From Tenacibaculum phage Larrie: DNA of 24,000 nucleotides. The stretch lies in sequence record ON950054.1; one strand, 5' to 3'. The notes under the pieces were generated by a model that was not told the origin of the DNA, did not search any database, and saw only the letters and a program-made list of their open reading frames with translations. Below are positions 1 through 8,730 of the stretch, in pieces (within the stretch, counting starts at the first letter, position 1; every line of letters begins with the position of its first letter). The position numbers and the translations under genes were made by a program.

Positions 1-335
1 GCATCAAGCATAATCATAGCAGCTAACTGAATCCCTATTGTGCGACCAAAATTAAATGTATTTTGTGCGCTCCAATCTCTTCGACCACCCACAAGCTCAA
101 AACAAACTTTAAAGTTAGAATCGGGAAAATCCTTGTTTATCTCCTCATAGAGTTTTACAACTCCTTTCTCATTGAACTCTGACTTTTTCTCAGGGCTTCC
201 AGCCTTTGTCTTGAATCCTGTTTCTACTCTATGATAAGGCATACGGTAGAATTTTCTTTTCTCTCCGTCAAAAGCGGCTATAAACCCTTGTTTTCCAGGG
301 TCTAAGCCGATATATACAGTTTTTTTATTACTCAT
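1..335 (-). CDS. RuvC-like Holliday junction resolvase / RNase H-fold nuclease, C-terminus cut by window edge
   Basis: Minus-strand frame from ATG at 335 reads MSNKKTVYIGLDPGKQGFIAAFDGEKRKFYRMPYHRVETGFKTKAGSPEKK...FKVCFELVGGRRDWSAQNTFNFGRTIGIQLAAMIMLDA and stays open to position 1. The IGLDPGxxGxxA motif and the later phage RuvC-like E/fG..G pattern are visible. It is not in the supplied ORF track. Confidence 0.8.
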   Translation of the reverse strand, partial: MSNKKTVYIGLDPGKQGFIAAFDGEKRKFYRMPYHRVETGFKTKAGSPEKKSEFNEKGVVKLYEEINKDFPDSNFKVCFELVGGRRDWSAQNTFNFGRTIGIQLAAMIMLD

Positions 336-341
336 TTTTGG

Positions 342-617
342 TTATTTTTTTAGTAAGTCCTCGCTTTCATACTGCAAAGCCACAAACAAATATAGCAATG
401 CTTTCAGTACGAAAACTATTAAATTAATCAATGGTACAGAGAACACAAGTAAGGAAAGTAAAAGGTGCAACTTTCCCGCCGACTCATATTCTACTCCATC
501 TATTTTGCAAGTAAATTTATCAAACCTATTGCATATTATTGCAAGGACAATATTAAGTATAAATATTATTAAATTTACCGTTGGGTCTAAAAAGTCTATT
601 TGAAAAACCGTCTCCAT
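342..617 (-). CDS. Small hydrophobic membrane protein of unknown function
   Basis: 91-aa ORF with two strongly hydrophobic segments (VNLIIFILNIVLAIIC and LLLSLLVFSVPLINLIVFVLKALLYLFVAL), tightly packed with neighbouring genes. Confidence 0.55.
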   Translation of the reverse strand: METVFQIDFLDPTVNLIIFILNIVLAIICNRFDKFTCKIDGVEYESAGKLHLLLSLLVFSVPLINLIVFVLKALLYLFVALQYESEDLLKK

Positions 618-727
618 AATTGTTTGTTGTTTCTTACCTTTCTATTTACACGTCTTGGTTTTACTTCCTCAGTGTATAAATATCTTTGCCCTAAAATTGG
701 GTCTGTGTCAAATACAAGTCTTAACAT
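596..727 (-). CDS. Possible short basic protein of unknown function
   Basis: Minus-strand ATG at 727 reads MLRLVFDTDPILGQRYLYTEEVKPRRVNRKVRNNKQLWRRFFK and stops at 596. It fills the gap between two ORFs and overlaps the next by 22 nt. It is below the cutoff of the supplied track. Confidence 0.35.
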   Translation of the reverse strand: MLRLVFDTDPILGQRYLYTEEVKPRRVNRKVRNNKQLWRRFFK

Positions 728-739
728 AAAATTTTGGTT

Positions 740-1204
740 TTAAATATTTATTGATAATTCTTTTAAGAAATCCCATAAATCAAAGTAAACTACTACTGTT
801 GCCATTATCATTAATAATGGTATTAATACAGGTATAACGTTTAAGTTATTTTTTTCTAATTTCTTATTTACTTTTTTTGAAACTATTATATGTTCGTTCT
901 CCTCTAAAAATCCAAGTCTATAAGGGTCAATATTACCGAATGTGAATTTTTGGTAAATATCAAGCTCGTGAAACCTAACTTTTCCAATAATCTTTTCTAG
1001 GTTAGAGAATATTAAAAAGAACGTTACAAATATAGCAACTTGAATTTCCATAACTACATCGCTAGGATTTAAAAACTTTTCTGTCAAAGGCATCATTAAA
1101 AATAATGGCACTAAAAAAGTTGATGCTCTAGGCGAATAAAACTTAATACCCATAATCTTAGTGATGTGATTTAGGTAAAAATGTTTAATTAAAAAACTTC
1201 TCAT
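740..1204 (-). CDS. Predicted membrane protein of unknown function
   Basis: 154-aa ORF with several hydrophobic segments (FLVPLFLMMPL, IQVAIFVTFFLIFSNL, VIPVLIPLLMIMATVVVYF). Confidence 0.5.
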   Translation of the reverse strand: MRSFLIKHFYLNHITKIMGIKFYSPRASTFLVPLFLMMPLTEKFLNPSDVVMEIQVAIFVTFFLIFSNLEKIIGKVRFHELDIYQKFTFGNIDPYRLGFLEENEHIIVSKKVNKKLEKNNLNVIPVLIPLLMIMATVVVYFDLWDFLKELSINI

Positions 1205-1208
1205 ATTT

Positions 1209-3377
1209 CTATTGTTTAATTGTTGTTATTCCGTTGTTCTTCTCAAATACTATCGTATCATTTGGCGCATAATTATCAAGTATATGAGTAATCATAAGCA
1301 TTGGTATTTCAATCTTTTTGGCTGAAGAGAATATACTTCTAATACCTGCCCTATCAACTCCCTCGAAAAGCTCATCTATACAAAGGAAGTTTAAACCACC
1401 GTGCGGGTGTGTTTCATTAATCATATACCTATTTGCTAAAATTGATGCAAATAACAGTCTACCCTGTTCACCTTTCGAATAAGACCCGAAAGAGCGTTCA
1501 AAGTTTCTAACCACTTTTACGCTAATCTCTTCTTTTAAGGTCTTATTTGCAAGTTGCCTATATCCATCAATCTTGATAGTTAAATCTGACCCCATATCCT
1601 CTAAGAATCTGTTATTTTGAAATTCAATAACAGAGAGACTCTTATTGGCAAGGTGCATCTTGAATTGTTTAAACCTGTCTTTCCATTGTAAAAGGTTTTG
1701 CAGCTCCTCTTCAGCAACCCTAAGCTCTTCTAAAAGCTCTAACTTTACAGCCTTCTCTTTTTCAATATTTGACTTTAAAGATTTTATAGTACCCTTGTTA
1801 TTTTGTGGAACTAGTAAATCAATCTCTTTATTTATTCTTACTATTTCCCTGTTGTCGAAATCAATATCTTTTTTTAAGTTTTCGATATTGGTTTCTCTGT
1901 ACTTAATCTTTTCGTCCACCTCCTGAAGCTCTTTTATCTTCTTTAGTATTGAACGATTTATTTGATTAGGCTTTGCTTCAAGTTTTGAAATCTCAGAATT
2001 AATGTCATTAACTTTTGACTTTAAGCTATTCACATTTTCAACTAATTTATTGTAACTAGAATTTTCTTTTCTTGTTTCCTCTGAAATCTCTGATAATTTA
2101 TCGTTAATCTCCTCGATGTCTTCTTCGATGCTTTTTGCTATAGACTCCTTTGATTCCCTCTCTTTATCAAACTTGATTTTTAGAGTGTTTAATTTACCTC
2201 TTTTTTCTTCCAAGGCTTCTATGTCTCCATCTAATAAAAACTCATGGTTACACTTAGGGCATTCTATTGAGCCGCTTAAAGTTACATCTATACTGTTGAG
2301 AGCCTTTCTAATTTTTAATAAGCTGTCTTCAATAGTTTTACTTTCCTGAATATTGTCTTTTTTCTTTTTTCGACTATCCTTAAGTCTTTCTTTGTGAGAA
2401 GACGTTTTTAAGCTCCAATCAGTTTTTACAAACTCATCTACTAGTTTTTTTGCCGCTGTAACCTCTTTAGAGGCTTTTTCAAGAACTTTTTTCTTTTCTT
2501 CGACTTCTCTGTCTACTGTTTTCATTGAGTCCTCTAAAGCCTTTATTTCGACCTTATATTCAGGCTTTAGCTCTATGAGGGAGGAAATGCTTTTTTCGTG
2601 CTTCTTAATCTTCTCCTCTGTTTCCTCAATATCCTCTTTGACCTCCTCAATCTCTTTTAAAAGTTCTTCTTTCTCTTCCTGAAGCTCCTTTCCAAAGTCT
2701 CGATTTTGTTCTTCCTCAAGACTCTCATTAAGTTGGTTCAATTTACCGTCAATCTCTGAAATCTTTTTTTCTACTGATTCTTTTGCTTCCTCTTTTTCTG
2801 TGGTGTCAATATTTTCTACTCCATCAATAATTGAGGCGTCTGAAAACCTGTTAACTAGACTAACGTTATCTTTATTTGAGTTGCTATAAAAAGACTTAAA
2901 TTTACTTTTACTTACAATATAATAACTAATAAAATCCTCTTTAGTTATTCCCAACCAATCAAGCATTTGTTTTTTGCCATCATTAACGTTAGAAAAAGGG
3001 TATTTAACCCATTCTTCAGAATCAAATTTTTTGGTGTGTAAAGATAGTTTATTTGCTCCCTTCCTATTAATTTCCCACTGTATTCGGAACTCCTCTTCTC
3101 TGCTCTCACAAATACTAATTAATTCGATAGTGGACTGTTTTTCTCCGTAGGTTATTAGTTCAGCATCTTTAACGGCTGGCTTTTTACCTCTTGAATTTTC
3201 GCCAGTCCATGCAAATTCTAATATAGTTGGAATCCCACTTTTGCCCGACCCGTTGGATTCTTGGTCTAGCTCAGTATTATTTATACCCTGTATTAGAATA
3301 GGTCTTCTTTGAAAAGTATGCTTTAAATGCTTGTGCGACAAAAAATTCGTTGCCGTAAGTTCTTTAAAATATATCAT
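1209..3377 (-). CDS. SbcC/Rad50/T4 gp46-like recombination nuclease ATPase subunit
   Basis: 722 aa. N-terminal Walker A NGSGKSG, long charged coiled coil with a central zinc-hook CPKC, C-terminal signature-like YSKGEQGR, Walker B NFLCIDELFEGVD and a MLMITH motif. Confidence 0.9.
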   Translation of the reverse strand: MIYFKELTATNFLSHKHLKHTFQRRPILIQGINNTELDQESNGSGKSGIPTILEFAWTGENSRGKKPAVKDAELITYGEKQSTIELISICESREEEFRIQWEINRKGANKLSLHTKKFDSEEWVKYPFSNVNDGKKQMLDWLGITKEDFISYYIVSKSKFKSFYSNSNKDNVSLVNRFSDASIIDGVENIDTTEKEEAKESVEKKISEIDGKLNQLNESLEEEQNRDFGKELQEEKEELLKEIEEVKEDIEETEEKIKKHEKSISSLIELKPEYKVEIKALEDSMKTVDREVEEKKKVLEKASKEVTAAKKLVDEFVKTDWSLKTSSHKERLKDSRKKKKDNIQESKTIEDSLLKIRKALNSIDVTLSGSIECPKCNHEFLLDGDIEALEEKRGKLNTLKIKFDKERESKESIAKSIEEDIEEINDKLSEISEETRKENSSYNKLVENVNSLKSKVNDINSEISKLEAKPNQINRSILKKIKELQEVDEKIKYRETNIENLKKDIDFDNREIVRINKEIDLLVPQNNKGTIKSLKSNIEKEKAVKLELLEELRVAEEELQNLLQWKDRFKQFKMHLANKSLSVIEFQNNRFLEDMGSDLTIKIDGYRQLANKTLKEEISVKVVRNFERSFGSYSKGEQGRLLFASILANRYMINETHPHGGLNFLCIDELFEGVDRAGIRSIFSSAKKIEIPMLMITHILDNYAPNDTIVFEKNNGITTIKQ

Positions 3378-4354
3378 TTATTAATATTATTTTTTAAAAT
3401 TAAATTTAATTGTTTTGATAACTCATTAAATAAGCTTTCGTCATCTTTCAGCAAAGATAATAATTTTTCTTTACCGTGAGCAATATTTTTACCTTTATAT
3501 TTAAAATAAGCTCCTGATTTAATCAAAACTCCAACACTTACAAGAGCATCAATTATATCTGATACTTTGTCGAACCCTTCTTCGTAATCAATTTCATATA
3601 AAGCCGTCTTGAATGGCGAGCCTATTTTATTTTTAATTACTTTAATGTGCTGTTTGAATCCTGTTATCTCTTCACCCTTTTTTATAAAGCCTTTATTTTT
3701 AAGCTCTAATCTTTGCGATGCGTAGAAAGGAAGTGCGTTCCCTCCTGTAGTTACTTTCTTTGTTACAAAAGAACCTATCTTCTCCCTTAGCTGATTTATA
3801 AATATCACTGTACAGTCATTCTCTGAAGTCATTGCGGTAATCATTCTAAGTCCCTGACTCATCATTCTAGCCTGAAGACCCATTTTTGACTCTCCCGATT
3901 CTCCGTTCAGCTCACCTAAAGGAGTCATATTTGCTACTGAATCAACTATAACCAAATCAACCTCCCCGCTGTTAATTAAAGCCTTCATTATCTCGAAAGC
4001 CTGTTCTCCGTGGGTTGGTTGGGATATTATTAAGCTGTCAACATCTACTCCAACCTTTTCGCAATATTCTTTATTTAGTGCGTGTTCTACATCAATAATT
4101 GCAGCGTTCCCACCAATCAACTGAACCTCTCTTATAGCTTCAAGAACAAGACCAGTTTTCCCGCACTGGTTTTCTGAATATATTTCTATAATCTTACCAA
4201 TACCGTAACCTCCACCCAATATCTCATTAAGTGATTCTCTCCCTGAGCTAATTGTGTTTGCGTCATAGGAGTTTGAGTCGCTCATTTTCTGAACGACTTT
4301 CTCTCCGTATTTTTTATTGATACTGTTTATTGCAGCGTCTAAAGATTTTCCCAT
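3374..4354 (-). CDS. recA: RecA-like recombinase
   Basis: 326 aa with RecA-typical segments: SSGRESLNEILGGGYGIGKIIEIYSENQCGKTGL, AAIIDVEHALNKEYCEKVGVD, LVIVDSVANMTP, INQLREKIG and TTGGNALPFYASQRLEL. Confidence 0.92.
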   Translation of the reverse strand: MGKSLDAAINSINKKYGEKVVQKMSDSNSYDANTISSGRESLNEILGGGYGIGKIIEIYSENQCGKTGLVLEAIREVQLIGGNAAIIDVEHALNKEYCEKVGVDVDSLIISQPTHGEQAFEIMKALINSGEVDLVIVDSVANMTPLGELNGESGESKMGLQARMMSQGLRMITAMTSENDCTVIFINQLREKIGSFVTKKVTTGGNALPFYASQRLELKNKGFIKKGEEITGFKQHIKVIKNKIGSPFKTALYEIDYEEGFDKVSDIIDALVSVGVLIKSGAYFKYKGKNIAHGKEKLLSLLKDDESLFNELSKQLNLILKNNINK

Positions 4355-5377
4355 TTACTTATTATTTAAAAATTTAGTCAATATCTCTAAACCTTCGTTT
4401 ATATTTAGATTTTTTTTAGTACAAAATTCCTCAAAAGAGTTTAAAACCGTCTCTTTTGTGTACTTCTCTACGACCTTCGGTTTTTCTGTGTCGACGTCTT
4501 TATCATAAATCTTTTCAAATTTCTTGATGAAGTCTACCCCGTTATCTGTAAATACTGAGGTACTAAATGAGCGTAAGACAGACTCTTCACCTAAAAGCTC
4601 AAATCTAATCTTTAAATCTTCTTTTTTATTGGCTTTTATAGCTTCTAAGACGTCATCTTTACTCATTGAGTCTAAGTGTAAAGGGATTGTTTTAAACTCC
4701 ACAAAATCCCCTTTAATAATCTCATAACTCAAGTCCTCATATACAACCGAAAACCCTTTGTTTGAATCCTCTTTGTAGTAGTTTTGCCTTAAAGATGGTA
4801 AGTGGGTAATATCTTTTGTAATATCGTGTGTGTCGTGATAGTGTCCTAAAAAGGTCTTTTTCCACTTTGATAAAGTTTCTTTTGTGATACTCTCTTTCTT
4901 ACTCACATTCCCCATATTTGAAGAACCGTACATTTCGAAATGAGATACTAAAATATCATTCCCCTCTGCTTCTTTAAGCATAGGTACGAGCATACTGTCG
5001 TCAAAGAAAGGTAGAAAGTCAACACCAACACCTTTAATTTTAATACTTGTCAATCTGTCGTAAAATTCAACGTTTGGATGAAACTGGAAAATATCCAAAA
5101 ATGACTCATAGTCTGTGTATAGTGTTTTATCGTGATTTCCTGCAAAAAGGTGCAGCGTTAATCCGTAATCTTTAAACAATTTAAGAATCTTGTGTAATGT
5201 AAATAATTGTTTAAGTCTCTGTTGACTCCTAGAGTCGAACATATCTCCTGCAAAAACAACATCTTTTATTTCGTTATCACTAGCATATTTTACTAGGTGA
5301 ACGCAAGACCTATACACTTGGTCTTCATTTCCGTTTTTGATATGTGCGTCGTTAAAAATTATAAATAGTTCTTTCAT
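4355..5377 (-). CDS. SbcD/Mre11/T4 gp47-like nuclease subunit (calcineurin-like metallophosphoesterase)
   Basis: 340 aa with phosphoesterase motifs FNDAHIKNG (metal-binding DxH), VVFAGDMFDSR (GDxxD), LHLFAGNHD (GNHD), ILVSHFEM and FLGHYHD (GHxH). Confidence 0.92.
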   Translation of the reverse strand: MKELFIIFNDAHIKNGNEDQVYRSCVHLVKYASDNEIKDVVFAGDMFDSRSQQRLKQLFTLHKILKLFKDYGLTLHLFAGNHDKTLYTDYESFLDIFQFHPNVEFYDRLTSIKIKGVGVDFLPFFDDSMLVPMLKEAEGNDILVSHFEMYGSSNMGNVSKKESITKETLSKWKKTFLGHYHDTHDITKDITHLPSLRQNYYKEDSNKGFSVVYEDLSYEIIKGDFVEFKTIPLHLDSMSKDDVLEAIKANKKEDLKIRFELLGEESVLRSFSTSVFTDNGVDFIKKFEKIYDKDVDTEKPKVVEKYTKETVLNSFEEFCTKKNLNINEGLEILTKFLNNK

Positions 5378-5442
5378 AATGTTATATTTTTTGTTTTAAA
5401 TTTTACTGTAGTATTGTGACTTTGTCATATTCATAGTAAAAT

Positions 5443-5477
5443 AAAAAAGCCTTTATCTTTTCAATAAAGGCTTTTTT
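5443..5477 (-). terminator. Rho-independent, potentially bidirectional terminator
   Basis: Perfect 14-bp inverted repeat AAAAAAGCCTTTAT...ATAAAGGCTTTTTT (5443-5456 / 5464-5477) with a 7-nt loop. The stem provides flanking A/T tracts on both strands. It lies between the 335-aa gene and the SbcD-like gene. Confidence 0.88.
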
Positions 5478-5478
5478 C

Positions 5479-5519
5479 TTATCTTATTTCTATTATCTAA
5501 TTTATATATTATCTAATTT
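5479..5519. repeat. Three copies of TTATCT[A/T]ATTT
   Basis: TTATCTTATTT at 5479-5489, TTATCTAATTT at 5493-5503 and TTATCTAATTT at 5509-5519. The last two are part of a 13-bp exact repeat TATTATCTAATTT with 16-bp spacing. Confidence 0.6.
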
Positions 5520-5578
5520 TTATGGTCTCATAGTTTTTATAGTTTTAAATTAATACTGCTTTTTTACTTTATGAGGCC

Positions 5579-6586
5579 TTATAGGTCTTCTCCTAATACT
5601 CCAGCTAAGTCCTCAGCTAAATCTGTCACTTTTGCATCCTCAACGCTGTTAGCTTCTCCTTCTTCTGAATTATCCTCGAATGGTAATTCCTCAAAGTTTA
5701 CGACTAGCTCATACCACTCATCTAACTGCTCTTTGTTCAATTTAGGCATACTTTGTTCTGAATAATTCTCCTCAATGTATGCTGCAATAGCTTTTCTTTT
5801 GGCAATAGAAGATACCTTTTTCTCTTTTGGTGCTTCTTCTTTTACTTCAGCCTTTTTCTTTGGAGCTGCTTTTTTCTTTGGCTTTTCCTCAAATTCTTCA
5901 GGGTCGAAGTCGTCTTCCTCTTCATCCTCGTAGCCTGCCTGTGAATTGGTAGCACTAGAATAGTTTGAAATTAATTCGCTCTTTCCTTCGTCACTACTTC
6001 CAGCATTTAGTTTTGACAACTCAGGCTCTACAGTTTCGTTGATTTCACCTTCTAACCAGTCGGCTAAATCTTCAAAGAATCGCTTAATTTTCTTCTTGTT
6101 TCCGCTTGCAAAGAACTCTTTACTTTCAGTTGGCATATCTTCGATATTGTTAAGCTCTAACTTTCTACCGTCCTGCTTAAAGCTCATACCTGTAACCTGC
6201 TTCTTTGTTTCAGCGTCCTCGAAGTCGTGCGGCTTTATGTAAATAGATTTTGTTAAATCCATCGTTAATATAGCCTTCATTAAGTCCTGACCGTTTCGAC
6301 TGTTCTTTCCAACTGATAAATAATAGAAATCATTTCCTACTTGAATCTTTACTTCGACATTCTCTCCAAAGGTAGGATGAGTTCTAAAAGTAATATCTTT
6401 GATTCTACAAGTTACAGAGCCAAACGCAGCACCCGAACGAGTATATTCTTTATTATCAGTTTTTTTAGTGTATTTTTGTGTTTTATAATAAGGGTTTGAT
6501 TTAGGGGCTTTTTTGTCCCAAATGTAACCGCCTGCTACTGATAAATACGTTCTTTTTTTTGAGTCTGATGATTCGAAACCTTCCAT
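5579..6586 (-). CDS. Probable phage single-stranded DNA-binding protein
   Basis: 335 aa. N-terminal part rich in beta-type segments (GAAFGSVTCRIKDITFRTHPTFGENVEVKIQVGNDFYYLSV), then a long Lys/Glu-rich region and a very acidic C-terminus (LAEDLAGVLGEDL), as in phage SSBs. It lies in the replication block. The assignment is partly contextual. Confidence 0.5.
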   Translation of the reverse strand: MEGFESSDSKKRTYLSVAGGYIWDKKAPKSNPYYKTQKYTKKTDNKEYTRSGAAFGSVTCRIKDITFRTHPTFGENVEVKIQVGNDFYYLSVGKNSRNGQDLMKAILTMDLTKSIYIKPHDFEDAETKKQVTGMSFKQDGRKLELNNIEDMPTESKEFFASGNKKKIKRFFEDLADWLEGEINETVEPELSKLNAGSSDEGKSELISNYSSATNSQAGYEDEEEDDFDPEEFEEKPKKKAAPKKKAEVKEEAPKEKKVSSIAKRKAIAAYIEENYSEQSMPKLNKEQLDEWYELVVNFEELPFEDNSEEGEANSVEDAKVTDLAEDLAGVLGEDL

Positions 6587-6667
6587 AATAAATTTGTTTT
6601 TAAAAATTGTTTATAAATAATTGAGCTTTTTGTCTTAAGATTATAACTTGCTCGCGGTTATAATCTT

Positions 6668-6904
6668 TTATTTTACGTAATCGTTATAGTCGCTTTCTGT
6701 CAATTCAACAACACACTGAGGACTAATGCTTAGATAAAACCTTTCAGGGTCTACCGTATCAACCAAATCAGTTTTACTAAAATACTTACCTTTATCGGTC
6801 TTTATTTCAACACTTTCAAAAAATTGCTTTTCGTCGTGCCTTGTTGCTATGACTGTTACTAAAAAATATCTATTTTTCATCCCTCCAAGTTTTAAAGTAC
6901 GCAC
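6668..6904 (-). CDS. Small protein of unknown function (real start may be MKNRYF at 6880)
   Basis: 78-aa ORF overlapping the 3' end of the ligase gene. The internal Met start gives a more usual short overlap. Confidence 0.5.
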   Translation of the reverse strand: MRTLKLGGMKNRYFLVTVIATRHDEKQFFESVEIKTDKGKYFSKTDLVDTVDPERFYLSISPQCVVELTESDYNDYVK

Positions 6905-7967
6905 TTATTGGAAACTTTTTATTAGGCTTCATTGCGCTATACTTAAAGTGTCGACCGATATAGGCTTCCTTGTTCTCCAAAAGCTCTCTTTTCATATCGT
7001 CTGTGAATCCTTTTAAAGAAACCTTAAACGTACCTTTGTCCTCGAATGCAACTTCAAATCCTGAAGCCTTCCCACTTGGTCGTCTGTCATCTTTCTTTTT
7101 ACTTGTAACAGAACGCCCTAGCTCGTTGGTCTTCTTCTCTGCTCCCTCAATTACCTCAGTTCCTTCGATAACGTCAAGAACTACACCGTCATACTCTTTA
7201 TTGTCATCCTTCATCTTTAAAAATCCAGCATTTTTTAACGTATGTCTTCCGTGCTTGTAGACTCTATCTTTTTTAGATAACACGATACCCTCGTATCCGT
7301 TAGATAAAGCAAGGTTAAAAAGTTCAGGAATCTCTGAAGAGCTTTCAATACTCTCAAATTCAGGAAGCTCAATATATTTAAGGATTTTTATAGTTTCCTC
7401 TTGTCCCAGTACTTCGTCTGAGTACTTAGATAATCTAGAGTACATTTCCTTTAATCTGTCCTCAAATCCTGCGTTTTTAAATTCTTCGTCTACAATATAA
7501 ACATCAAAGATGTAAGCCTTTAAATTCTTATGGAATGTTGTTAAAAATTCGACTGTCCTTCCTCCGTATTCTTCGATAAATCTGTCGGGACTCTTTTTAA
7601 ACTCTTTCTTAAGACTTTCTTTGTACTTATCGTCAAGTAAGTCTATTGTTGAAGAAAAACGCAAAATTTCGTTTAATTTAAGTCCGTGTGCGTAAAATTC
7701 AGCATCAACAATGATACCTAGTTTTAAACATAGTTCGTTAAACTCTTTGAATCGCTCCTGTAGTTGAATGTTAGCTATTTTCTTTAGAGTCCTTGAGCAA
7801 ATATACTCCTTTAATCCGAACTCTAATCTAACGCCGTCTCTTTTAATTGAGGCATAATATTTTTCAGCTCCTCCGTTTTTCTCCACTATTTCCGCAATCC
7901 TTTCAGGAGTCATACTCCCATCTTTAGGATTATTTGGAATTAAGTTTGGTTTGAATGTTTGTTTCAT
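6870..7967 (-). CDS. ATP-dependent DNA ligase
   Basis: 365 aa. Motif I KRDG in YYASIKRDGVRLEFG, motif III-like LGIIVDAEFYAHG, motif IV-like NGYEGIVLSKKD, motif V-like AGFLKMKD, then a C-terminal OB-type region. Confidence 0.88.
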   Translation of the reverse strand: MKQTFKPNLIPNNPKDGSMTPERIAEIVEKNGGAEKYYASIKRDGVRLEFGLKEYICSRTLKKIANIQLQERFKEFNELCLKLGIIVDAEFYAHGLKLNEILRFSSTIDLLDDKYKESLKKEFKKSPDRFIEEYGGRTVEFLTTFHKNLKAYIFDVYIVDEEFKNAGFEDRLKEMYSRLSKYSDEVLGQEETIKILKYIELPEFESIESSSEIPELFNLALSNGYEGIVLSKKDRVYKHGRHTLKNAGFLKMKDDNKEYDGVVLDVIEGTEVIEGAEKKTNELGRSVTSKKKDDRRPSGKASGFEVAFEDKGTFKVSLKGFTDDMKRELLENKEAYIGRHFKYSAMKPNKKFPISAYFKTWRDEK

Positions 7968-7994
7968 ATATTAATTTTTAATATGTTTGTCTGC

Positions 7995-8264
7995 CTAAGC
8001 ACCGATTAATTTTTCTATCTTCATCGAGATAGTCATTCCATAAGTGCTACCTAAAATAGTTCCTATCACATAAGGAATGAATAAAATATAATTCATTTCA
8101 CCTAAAATCAACTCTCTAAACGTTAAGAACCAAATTGAGTTCGAAAATAGAGCCGCTATCATATGATACTTTTTGTTGTCTCTGTTTCTACTTCTACTTA
8201 CAAGTGTAAAGCTTACACTTTGAATAAAAGCAAGTAATAAAATTTTGATTAATGTATATAGCAT
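7995..8264 (-). CDS. Small predicted membrane protein
   Basis: 89 aa with three hydrophobic segments and a glycine-containing last helix, IPYVIGTILGSTYGMTISMKIEKLIGA. Confidence 0.6.
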   Translation of the reverse strand: MLYTLIKILLLAFIQSVSFTLVSRSRNRDNKKYHMIAALFSNSIWFLTFRELILGEMNYILFIPYVIGTILGSTYGMTISMKIEKLIGA

Positions 8265-8283
8265 ACTAATTTAAAATTGTTTT

Positions 8284-8679
8284 TTAATGACTTTCTGCAA
8301 ATTTTTCTCCAAGCATTCTTCCTGCATATATTAAAAAATCTCTACCCGCTTCGTACTTATGACCTAAAGTAATCAATAGTTGCTCCTCATAAGTTTCTGA
8401 AACCTGATTTATTGATTTACATTTTGAAATATTTACAGTGCGCCAGTATTTATCCTCATTTGTTAAAACAATGTAAGTTTTTTCGTCAAATTTTCTAAAG
8501 TCGTAAATTATAGGACTTCCATAAAGACTAGCTTTAATTAACGAAATCACTTCAGATTCTTTTTCTATCTTACCAAGCTGTAAGATAGTTCTATTTTTTA
8601 AAATTTTCTTTTTGAATCTTCCAATATCTGAACTCTCAATAGCTTCTAAAGTTAGCTCTTTTTGTTTTTTAATATCCAT
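8284..8679 (-). CDS. Hypothetical protein
   Basis: 131-aa ORF in the colinear gene string. No motif recognised. Confidence 0.55.
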   Translation of the reverse strand: MDIKKQKELTLEAIESSDIGRFKKKILKNRTILQLGKIEKESEVISLIKASLYGSPIIYDFRKFDEKTYIVLTNEDKYWRTVNISKCKSINQVSETYEEQLLITLGHKYEAGRDFLIYAGRMLGEKFAESH

Positions 8680-8730
8680 TTATTTAATTGTTTTGATACT
8701 GCAAATATATAAAAGTTTTTTCTATTAAAA

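Noticed and set aside
5479-5550. Mini CRISPR or transposon end
   Set aside because: The repeats are only 11-13 bp with 3-5 nt between them. There is no cas gene, transposase or target-site duplication.
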